A DNA stretch of 62,157 nucleotides, the filler included, from Craspedostauros australis (taxonomy: Eukaryota): the NCBI GenBank assembly GCA_030167865.1. It is 6 parts of 6 records of this genome, joined end to end, with 100 filler letters (N's around TTAATTAATTAA, not from the genome) between each part and the next. Parts side by side here need not be neighbours in the genome. Positions count along the whole stretch, not along the records: positions 41,556 to 52,894 come from JALAGF010006681.1; positions 52,995 to 59,317 come from JALAGF010006682.1; positions 59,418 to 62,157 come from JALAGF010006687.1; 3 more parts are not named here. The stretch is one strand, 5' to 3'. This document shows, one piece after another, positions 50,570 to 60,439 of the stretch (positions are counted from its first letter, which is position 1; the number at the start of each line of letters is the position of its first letter). Made by a program: the position numbers and the translations under genes. A model generated the notes under the pieces. It searched no databases. It was not told the origin of the DNA and worked only from the letters and a program-made list of their open reading frames with translations.

Positions 50570-52894
50570 TGCAGGTGCTCCTGCGCGAGCGACCACAGGT
50601 CACACCATACGATCCAGTCACCAGAACTCATCGAAACAGCACAGTCCCAACGGACTACGCACAACTACCCAACGACATGGATGATGAAGATCATCACAAC
50701 CCGTACGACAAGTATGGAGTTCACAAAGATGACGACGATGGCAGCTTCAACGACGAGATAGCTGCAGCAGCCGTGGAGCAGCTCCATGAGCTGAGCACCA
50801 AGTACAAGGACAAGGTCAACAAGGACACCTGGCTCGCCGACAGCAGAGCTTTGTGTCATATCGTCAATTTGTACGCCGCTCTGTTCAACGTGCGGCACAT
50901 CAAGTCTTTTGTCCAAGTGGGAGACAGCACGAAGCTGGACTCTCCCAAGATGGGATCCATTTGCTTGAAGGTCAAGCAACGAGACAACACTGGCCACATC
51001 ATCCGGCTCGATGATGTGAAGTACACACCGAAAATGGCGGTGAACCTTTTCTCTACGAACAAGGTTCTGTACAACGGTTACCAGCTTGGTAACAACGGCA
51101 TTCTGATGGACATCATCAACGGATCCGGAACAAAGATCGTGTTCGATCGAGTCTTCCCCACATCCAATGGATTCATCACAGGAGTGCAGATGCATCCCAT
51201 CAAGCCATCGGACGACGACAAGGCTTCCGCAGCTATCATCAAGAATCCATCCAAAGAGATCAGCGCAGTGAACTTGCATCGAATGCTTGGCCACGCGCCA
51301 CTCGAGACCATGAAGCGGACGGCCGCTCAGTACGGATGGAAGATCATTGGAAAGATGCCGGTATGTTGCGACTGCGCGGTCGCGAACGCGAGAGTGAAGA
51401 ACATCCCGAAGGCAACAATCCCAAGAGCAACTCGCCACGGCGAACGTTTCTTCATTGACATTAGTTACACTAAACACATAAGCTTTGGAGATAAACGCTC
51501 CTGGACCCTGATCGTGGACGATTGCACGGACTACTGCTGGAGTTTCTTTCTCAAGAACAAGAGTGACCAACCAGGGTACATCAAAGGATTCGTCCAGACG
51601 ATCAAATCACAGACTGGTGATCAACAAATCATCTTCCGAGGAGACAACAGCGGAGAGAACAAATCCACACAGGATATTCTCATCGATGCAGGACAGAACA
51701 TGAAATTCGAATTCACAGCATCGAACACGGCGCAACAGAGCGGTAGAGTGGAACGCAAGTTCGGCGTACCTCTACACCAAGATCCGCTCCATGCTCAACG
51801 GAGCACAGCTCGACGAAGAGTATAGTCATGGCCTGTGGGCAGCAGCTGCGAGCACTGCTACCGCCATCGCCAACATCACTGTAGCGAAGAATCAGAAGGA
51901 GTCACCACATCGCCAATTCTTCGGCAGTGATCCACCATATGCGGATGCACTCCGCACATTCGGAGAGGTGGGTGTCGTGAAGACCACCTACGGCGGGATC
52001 ACCACCAAACTCAAGAACAGAGGAGAAGAGATGGTGTTCATCGGATATGCACACCAACATGCGTCAGGAGTCTACAACATGTACAGGCCATCAACAAAGT
52101 CACTGGTCTGCTCTTGCGACATCAAATGGCCCAACCAATCATATGGACAGTTCCGTGGCTGGGCACCAGCACCGAACATACCCAGCGAAGCAGGAACAAC
52201 GGACGCAGACGGCTTCACAACCATTGGACGGAAGGGAGCGATGTCAAGGACGGCAACACGTCAAACGACAGAACCAAGGAGAGTATCCTTTGCAGACAGC
52301 AACAGGTACTACATCCTATCAGACAGCGATGATGAGGATAATGAGGACGACGGAGTAGTGACTCAACTAATTCAGAATGACGAGGAAGATCGGAGCGAAC
52401 CCAATCATGAGGATGACGAAATCCTACCCTCCGGCGACGAAGCCGATGATGAGACAGGCGTTACTCCTCCGAACACACCAGCGAGGTCTACACATGACAC
52501 ACCATCAAGATCTCCACCAAGCAAACCAAACAAGCATGACATAGCTAGAAAGGAGAGGATCCGACGTCACGAAGCACGAGGCAGGAAGGGAGAAGCTAAT
52601 CCCAAGTCAACTGCAGGGAAGAGTATTCCCAGAGCTCTGCGCGAGCTCGCAGACTTCAATGAACGAGGTCGAAAGGAGGAAGGCTATGAGAGCAAGTCAT
52701 CATCCAATGAAGCGAGTGATGAACTCAGCGATGAGATAACCGACGAATCCAACAATGAGACTACAGATGATGAAGAGATTGAAGACGAAGGAGAAGAGAT
52801 CGAGATCACTCACCATAGCACAACAGGGCTGTACGGGATGAACGCAATCATCACCGAGGCACCAGCGATCGACATCGGACTGTCGATGCAGGAC

Positions 52895-52994
52895 NNNNNN
52901 NNNNNNNNNNNNNNNNNNNNNNNNNNNNNNNNNNNNNNTTAATTAATTAANNNNNNNNNNNNNNNNNNNNNNNNNNNNNNNNNNNNNNNNNNNN
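52895..52994. other. Artificial contig spacer
   Basis: N44-TTAATTAATTAA-N44. Confidence 0.97.
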
Positions 52995-53568
52995 ATCACA
53001 CCACAGCACTACAAGACCAGACCGCGGAAACCGAACACCCACCACTCGCAGTGCCAGGTTGGGCGAGCAAAACAACACGGACCAACGCCAAACTACCAGG
53101 CTACATCGCGGACAAATTGAAGGACATCTGTGCAGCGTCCGCGAAGGACCCGAAGAACAGACCGTCCGAACACTAAGCACACGAGAAACTGATGAAGGAC
53201 GAAAAAACCAAAACGGACTGGTACGTACAACTGCACGCAAATCCCATGCGTGTCAAAGCCTCGTTGTTTGCAGCGTACAACGCCAAACAACGCAAGGACA
53301 AGAAGCAGGCCGCTCTNNNNNNNNNNNNNNNNNNNNNNNNNNNNNNNNNNNNNNNNNNNNNNNNNNNNNNNNNAACAGCATCTGCAATCGTGGCGACCCA
53401 CAATGCGCCAGCTGCAACAGAGGAGGAACGAAGAGAAGAAGAGTTGCGGAGAGAGGAGGAGGAACTGGACCATCAGATGTGGTGTGATGCGCATACGATG
53501 TAGGCAAACACAGAAAGTGAGGCTGTGTTGGATGATGGGACGGAGATTTTGTGATGGGTGTGCATCAC

Positions 53569-55116
53569 CGCGATAACACGAGTTGTGGAGTTTTGTGGGT
53601 GCCCGGCCAGGCTACTAAAACGAGTCTAGATCCCATCCAAAAACACATCCAAATATCGGCTTATCATGCTATATCTCAACAACAAATCGCTTAAAATTAT
53701 ATCTAAACATTGCGTTCGTACACATGACTATCGGTTAATCAGAATATCGAAGTTAAATGAACATAGAAAATATTTTGGAAGTCATGTTGGTTTGCTGTGT
53801 TTTGTGTGGCGGATTCGGAAAAAATTGTTGATGCCACAATGTTGCCCTCCAATGAGCACACATGATCCTCATCTTCATCCTTGTATTTCAGCAAACTGTG
53901 CATACCATTCGCTCTGCATACCTCCCAGCTATCCGCTCCATGAAGGATGGCCACAGATATCGGCTCTGCATGCAGCAATGCACCCACGCACTGAAACAGA
54001 GCGATTTCGAAAAAGCGCTTTCAATCCGCTTGCAATGCAGATTTGGATCCGTATCTCGTCCATACGATCCTTTCAGCCCCTCCAAGCGCTCCTCGTGCAT
54101 TCCCACACTCCATGGCGACACNCGGATGCATCCAGAATGGGCTGGGCGTGCATGGCCGACGTGATACACCTCCACAAGATGATGTGGTGGTGCATTTTTT
54201 GCTCCCACCAACAATGACCATTCTGCAGATATGGTCGGCTGCAGCCTCTTCCAGACAACTTGAGCAGAGCATACTTCGCGATGCCTGTCTTCAGCCGATT
54301 CCGCACGCATCTTGTATTGGGGCCTTGGCGATTGAGGGGCGTCGTCCCATCGCTCCTTGCAGCCAAAGCCACGCGACCAGTGCCGCGCAAGCCTCAACCA
54401 AAACTCCTCAGAACCACCTTTTCCTCCGCGCGGAGACCTTCCCGGTGCTCCGTGAGCCTCAAACTTTGAGGGCGCCTTCTTCTTGCCTTTTCTGAGGCGT
54501 CTTGCGTATCCGCAGGCGCTGATTTGACCTGTGTGTGGCACACATAGGCCAAAACCAACGAGCCGATTTGGAGCCAAATCGTGATCGTATTTCTGGGGCC
54601 TACGACGGCCCCAAATCAACCCCTCTTCCCGCCTCCGTTCGTCCACCCACCAAACGTTGCGTGNAGNTGACGGCGATGTNCTTGGATCTTGAATTGGCCG
54701 GCTGGTTGTTGCGGCGCCAAGCATACCGTTCGACGGCCATTGTGGTATTTTTTTGGTGTTGCTCCATTTTCATCTTGGTGTGTCGAGTTTGCCACTCTCA
54801 ACCGGCCTCACATATTGGGGGATGTGGAGATTTACCTCCAATTGTACCGACTGTCCAAAAAGACCACAACACAAAACACTCGAGGAGTACCAACCCCANN
54901 NNNNNNNNNNNNNNNNNNNNNNNNNNNNNNNNNNNNNNNNNNNNNNNNNNNNNNNNNAGCAGACCTGCTGATGTTGCGCATCGTGATATCATTGGTGTTT
55001 CATGACGAAGTATCCAATTTCGTGACGTCGATGACGGATTGAACAAGCACATGTTGTAAGTAACGTAAGTACGCATTCGCCGCTTCCCCCAACATTCTAC
55101 AACTAGTGCTATCGTG
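53569..55116. mobile_element. Candidate non-autonomous TIR element (~1.5 kb)
   Basis: CGCGATAACACGAGTTGTGGAG at the left and its imperfect inverse TTCTACAACTAGTGCTATCGTG at the right; no credible ORF inside; no clear TSD. Confidence 0.45.
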
Positions 55117-56317
55117 GATGGACTGTTGGATGGTCCCATCCGAACACCTGAAAAAGAGACTAANNNNNNNNNNNNNNNNNNNNNNNNNNNNNNNNNNNNN
55201 NNNNNNNNNNNNNAAAAAGAGACTAAACAATTCAAAATCAGAACAATGTCGCTGAAACAAAGAACAGCAAAGGGTTAAATTGGATCGATGTAGTCGGCTG
55301 TCAAAGGCTGAAACCCGAAAGAGATCGAAAAATGCGCATATCCATCGGTCCATAAAACTTAAAATAGGATCTAACTCAAAAATGCAACGGTTAATTATTT
55401 GTATTAGACCTAAAAGGATTATGAATATGTGCTTGGTTAGTATGTAGGAGAGAAAATTTCTGGAGGTCTATTTCAAACGATTGGTCGACTCACTGATCGG
55501 GCTCATAGTTTCCTCTCCCCTATTTCGATTCATGTCGCAACGTTTTGCCAATTGGAACAAGGGATTTTGTTTTTGCATTTTGTGCTACAGCTGTAGCCAA
55601 CGTTTTCGGCCACAATTGGATAGTTTTGGATCACAATAACAGCTGTGTAGATCGTGGTACACTTTCTACGCAAGTCCCGAACAAAAACAGGGCAACAATG
55701 GCATCAACCACAGTCAAACTCTCAGGACTTGGCTCGTACAGACCTTCCTAAACTCATCTTTCCATTGTGGAATCACATGGCGTTTATATATGCAATACCA
55801 AAGTTTGGTGGCTGTTGCTCTCTTTCTCGGCGAGAACTGATACGATCCATCAAGCACCTCATCATTCACGGACGCCATTGGCTTGTGTTTGGCGTGTTTT
55901 CTTGTTCTGGTTGTGCCATGCAACTGATCCAATCACCCCTGACGTCATGATGACGCAAGCGTTGGAACCAGATATCTCCGAACTTGCCGCCGAAACTTTG
56001 GATCGAAGTGGTCAAATATCATTCCGCCTGCCAAGGGACCACTAAAAGCAGGCATACCAACACACCAATAGGCTCAACAAACACATCAAGATCGACGAGG
56101 CAGGAGTAACAACAAGGTAGTGTTCTTACTTTCCTGGACAGTAATTCGTCTACAGTTTACGTATATGTAAAGAGATATTCGATTGAGTGTCAACAAAATC
56201 AAGTCTGAGGTCGGGAAAATGGATCCAAATTCTGTAGCCAACTGTAACCAACAATTGGCGATGTTTTAGGTCTGCTTGATAGCCACTCATGTTATCGTGA
56301 CCGTTTTACATTTGGCG

Positions 56318-57041
56318 CAGGTCGTAACCTCGCAAGCGGCCATTTTGCTTGATTGGAATAGGCTTAAATCCTGGGCTTGAACAGCGTTTTGAGATGCGCA
56401 GCCGCACATTGCCTTCAGGCCTGATTAAGGGCCTTTGCTATCATAGTGTTGGCTGTTACGGATGCCTGCCGGAGTGGTTTCTGTTTTGGGACGTGACGGC
56501 GCAGAGGCTGCCAGACGCACATGTTCCCGCACAGGACGGCGGTCCCAAACTCAGAGCCACAACAGACGCGACCTCACAAGCGGCCTTTTGCAGGACCGGA
56601 ATAGGCTTAAACCTGGGCTTGAAAAGCGTTTGAGATGCACAGGATAGCCGCTCGTTGCCTTCAGGCCTGATTAAGGGCCTTCTTTGGCCAGCACAGGCCT
56701 TCGCTATCCTATTAGTATTGGCTAAAACGGGTATCTTGATACAATGCCTGGAGGAGTGGCTTCTGTTTAGGGGAGCGATGGCGCAAAGGCTGCCAGACGC
56801 ACATGTTCCTGCACAGGATGGCTGTTTGTCGGGCTCACACACAGAGCCACAACAGGCGTAACCGCGCAAGCGGCCGTTTTGCTTGATTGGAATAGGCTTA
56901 AACCCTGGGCTTGAGAAGCATTGTGAGATGCGCAGGGTAGCCACTCGTTGCCTTCAGGCCTGATTAAGGGCCTTCTTTGGCCAGCACAGGCCTTTGCCAT
57001 CATGATGTTGGTCAATGTGGCCATCTTGATGCTGCCGGAGC
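56318..57041 (+). repeat. Tandem array of ~2.6 units (periods 244 and 290 bp) upstream of the NikA-like gene
   Basis: Anchor C(G/A)CAAGCGGCC at 56331, 56575, 56865; invariant blocks GGAATAGGCTTAAA, CCTGGGCTTGA, TTGCCTTCAGGCCTGATTAAGGGCCT. Confidence 0.9.
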
Positions 57042-57196
57042 TAGAGCCAGAGCCGGAGCCAACGACGACCGAAAAAATGAGGGATCTGCTCACAACTTTT
57101 CCTCCCCCACCAAGGAAAAGCGCCGCACTCCACAAAGCTCGCCAACAACCTCGTGTGTGTCAAACAACAAAACAAAGAACGAAAGAGAGATCCACC

Positions 57197-59116
57197 ATGA
57201 AGTTCTCCACCGCTTCCCTATCCCCGCTCCTGCTCGGAGCCCTGGCAACCGTAAGTCCCACCACCGCCGATGTCAACTCTGCTGCCCTCAAAGCAGCAAT
57301 CGAATGCAACAGCAAGTTTGATCCTCTCATTTTCGTCCTTTTGGAAGATGAGGCGGTCAACGCGGCGATTGAAGACGATGTTCGCAACGATCTGGCCGCG
57401 GTGGGCTTCGATGTCGAATCTCGGTCCTTGTCCAAGGCCGAGATCAACATTGCCCGTCAAGGGGGCGACTTCCACTTTTCCATCAGCGAAACTTGGGGAG
57501 CCCCTTACGATCCTTTCTCATACGTAAGCGGATGGATCGATGGCAACGGCGGTGCAGGTGTCTTTCCCTCCATGGTGAACTTCGAAGCACCATCTACTCG
57601 CACAGAACTCCTCGGTAAGGTCAAGGATGCCCTCCAACAACAAGACCCCGTTGTCCTCAAGCCCAAATGGGAAGAAATCCACAAGTACTACCACGAACAA
57701 GCCATCATGTTGCCGCTCTACGGAAAGCGTATCCCGACGCTCTTCAACCGCCGCTTGACAGGATACGAGCCCGGGCATCAACAGTTTGACTATCCCGTCC
57801 ATCGCCTGCGTCCCGTTGATGGATCGTCCAATTCTGTGACGATTGCCCCCGGCGCCCGGACTGGTCTCTTCAAGACTGTCGGCACCATGAACGCCCACGT
57901 GTATGGCCCAAACGAGTTTTTCTCCAACAACTGGGTCTACGAAGGCTTGGTGGCCTACAGTGCCGGCGCTGCCAACGGTGGAGTCATTCCTGCCCTTGCC
58001 ACCTTCTGGGAGGTTGCACCCAATAACATCGGCGGTGACGATTACACCTTCACTCTTCGCCAAAATGTCAAGTTCCACGATGGTGCAGACTGGAACTGCG
58101 ACGTTGCCAAGCTCAACTTTGATCACATTTTTGCCGGGGCATTGACTTCGGAAAAGCACGGTTGGTATGGTGTGGGCCTCTACACCAAAGAATGGAAGTG
58201 CAACAACGACTACGAATTCGTCGTCCGTACCAACCAAAAGCACGGTCCATACTTGCAAGAACTTACACTCATTCGTCCAGTCCGCATGATCTCTCCCAAT
58301 GCCTTCGTGAATGGGAACAGCACTGATCCGCTCTCAGCCAACTCCTGTCACTTGGATTGGGGCACTGTCAAGGTTGAAGAGGGTAGTGAATTCAAAGAAG
58401 AAGTCAGCTGCGCAGGCATCCAAGACATTGCTGGTACCGGTCCCTTCAGCTACGTCACCAAGAACGTGGGAGACGGCATTGAAACGAGCGTCATTTTTGA
58501 GGCGCACGAATCATACTGGGGCGGCGCATCGGAAATCAAGCGCGTGGAAATTGTCCGCTACGCCACATCGGCAGAAGTCAAGGAGGCCTTGCTGAGTGGC
58601 GAATTGGACATCGTGTGGGGTGCCGGCGTCTTGTCGGATGCTGACATCGTCGAAATCCAAAACGATCCCGCTATTTCTGAACAGATCCAAGTCTCTCATT
58701 CTGATGATGTCCAAAATGTCATCTTGCTCCTCAACTCAGGCAAGGCTCCGTTTGATGACATTAACGTCCGCAAAACAGTCATCCACGCCATCAACAAGGA
58801 AGCCATTGTGCAAAAAGAGCTCAGTGGTCTGCAACAAGTCGTCAACTCCATCTTCCCCCTCAAGGCCCCCTACTGCGACGTCGAATTGACTCCTCGCTGG
58901 GACTACGATCTCGAAAAGGCCGTCCTCTTGAGCTGTGATGGCAAGGCCGGAAACCCCGACAGCGACGACGACGACTCCGACGCCCTCGCCCTGGGTCTTG
59001 GTCTTGGTTTCGGTGCGCTCGCTCTCGTCATGGTGGTCGTCGCCATCACCCTCTACAACAAGAACAAGACTCTTCAGGAAGAACTCGAGATTAAATCTGG
59101 GGCTGTGAAAGCTTAA
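57197..59116 (+). CDS. nikA: NikA-like (solute-binding family 5) nickel/metallophore-binding protein, circularly permuted, with signal peptide and C-terminal TM anchor (639 aa)
   Basis: CCACCATG start, signal peptide MKFSTASLSPLLLGALA; TWGAPYDP, VYEGLV, YTFTLRQNVKFHDG, YLQELTLIRPVRMISP, GTGPF, NSGKAPFDDINVRKTVIHAIN; TM segment ALALGLGLGFGALALVMVVVAITLY; intronless. Confidence 0.9.
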   Translation: MKFSTASLSPLLLGALATVSPTTADVNSAALKAAIECNSKFDPLIFVLLEDEAVNAAIEDDVRNDLAAVGFDVESRSLSKAEINIARQGGDFHFSISETWGAPYDPFSYVSGWIDGNGGAGVFPSMVNFEAPSTRTELLGKVKDALQQQDPVVLKPKWEEIHKYYHEQAIMLPLYGKRIPTLFNRRLTGYEPGHQQFDYPVHRLRPVDGSSNSVTIAPGARTGLFKTVGTMNAHVYGPNEFFSNNWVYEGLVAYSAGAANGGVIPALATFWEVAPNNIGGDDYTFTLRQNVKFHDGADWNCDVAKLNFDHIFAGALTSEKHGWYGVGLYTKEWKCNNDYEFVVRTNQKHGPYLQELTLIRPVRMISPNAFVNGNSTDPLSANSCHLDWGTVKVEEGSEFKEEVSCAGIQDIAGTGPFSYVTKNVGDGIETSVIFEAHESYWGGASEIKRVEIVRYATSAEVKEALLSGELDIVWGAGVLSDADIVEIQNDPAISEQIQVSHSDDVQNVILLLNSGKAPFDDINVRKTVIHAINKEAIVQKELSGLQQVVNSIFPLKAPYCDVELTPRWDYDLEKAVLLSCDGKAGNPDSDDDDSDALALGLGLGFGALALVMVVVAITLYNKNKTLQEELEIKSGAVKA

Positions 59117-59317
59117 TTAGTTATCAAGTTGAGATTCAATGAGGGACAGACTAGTACCGAACACGGTATCAACCCGATGGGAGAAATTCCTGTTTTGGCG
59201 CGAAATCTTCCGACTTGATTGACCACCAAACCTTTTTCTCCTCCTTTCTCTCCTCCATTCACGAATCCATCATGACTCAAACCTGACCGACCTGACTCAC
59301 ACCCCACCTGGGAACTA

Positions 59318-59417
59318 NNNNNNNNNNNNNNNNNNNNNNNNNNNNNNNNNNNNNNNNNNNNTTAATTAATTAANNNNNNNNNNNNNNNNNNNNNNNNNNN
59401 NNNNNNNNNNNNNNNNN
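59318..59417. other. Artificial contig spacer
   Basis: N44-TTAATTAATTAA-N44. Confidence 0.97.
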
Positions 59418-59959
59418 CTGAACACATTCAGCCACGCTTCCGACGATACACATCCAAAGACGCACATCCAACAATGCAGTCTCCATCCGCTTTGTTGGAG
59501 GCGATGGCAGCATCAAGATAGCCAATTCTATGCATTGCCCATGTGTATCACAGCCAGCCAACAACTGCCAACTTGCAATGATCATGGCGTTTATTCCAAA
59601 CATAAGCATTGTTGTGTTTGGCATGTGCTTGTTGGCAAGTCCCAATATTGGTACACTTGCTGTTGCTTGCGATGAAGATGGTGGTGGTGGTTGATCTTGA
59701 TTCTGTTTGCTATTTCATTACATAGAAACCAATACTCTTGGTGTTGACTCCAGTGCTCCTGGATGTCCTGTCTGTTGATCCAAACCAACCATGAGTCAGA
59801 TGCAGAGGTGCTCCCTCTCATGATGCTCATCATCGTCCCTGTACTTCTCTCTTACGCTTGTTTGCGTAGCACTCCTATGAGATCCTACACATTCGATTCA
59901 TTGTTCATCACCTTATCTTCCATGAGCATACTACCATGCGCACGTGTAGGCGCTTTTGT

Positions 59960-60410
59960 CTAATTCNGAACTCCTTCTTGACCTTTCAAGATCTCGACGA
60001 CCAATCGTCATTGAATCTTCCTTGTTCTCTGCCGGATGTTGAGACAGCTGTTGATGTGGTGACACAATGACATCCTGTCAATGTCAGCTGCTCTCTTCCA
60101 TGCGTTTTCTGATTCTTCATTCCATCATCATATGGTGGTCAGATGGTCAGGTCGTCATTTCGGGTTTAGTTGCAACCTCCATCGATCCTTGCTCGATGCC
60201 ATGTCGGCTAGCGGACGTACAAAAGCCCTGATCTTCTCAGGTTAGATTGTCCCAACGTCCCCATGTGATTCTTGGGTGATTTGGTGTGTCCGAGTTTGTT
60301 TTGTTGTTCTCAAACAAGAAACGTTCGGAACACGAATANTGTCNACGCTAGTTGGTCNAGTCGANGCGAACCAATTGGATGGGCAATGCACATACATATA
60401 CATCTCGACA
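59960..60410 (-). repeat. 3' LTR of copia element C (start precise, far end uncertain)
   Basis: On the minus strand the purine tract ACAGGAAAGG (60420-60411) is followed by TGTCGAGATGTA; similar to 45759 onward. Confidence 0.65.
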
Positions 60411-60439
60411 CCTTTCCTGTGTGCATTCAGTCACTCGAA

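Larger units (their letters stand above)
46614..52894 (+). mobile_element. Ty1/copia element B gag-pol, degenerate (stop at 47097, two insertions, frameshift at ~51768), truncated before RT
   Basis: PMFSGEQEDYSA* gag start, CCHC knuckles, WLADSRALCHI protease, HRMLGH..CCDC, FFIDIS, FRGDNSGEN, QQSGRVER integrase. Confidence 0.95.

Noticed and set aside
52995..53503. Possible 3' end of a gene or transposase
   Set aside because: Short, gapped, disrupted frame, no diagnostic motif
56318..57041. CRISPR array, TPP riboswitch or N-terminal coding extension (ORF from 56948)
   Set aside because: Units are too long and the spacers are homologous to each other; only isolated TGAGA/CCTGA words resemble TPP, without consistent pairing; the real start is the signal-peptide ATG at 57197
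30606..59417. Recurrent TTAATTAATTAA motif and gene neighbourhoods across it
   Set aside because: Synthetic contig linker; linkage across it is not biological
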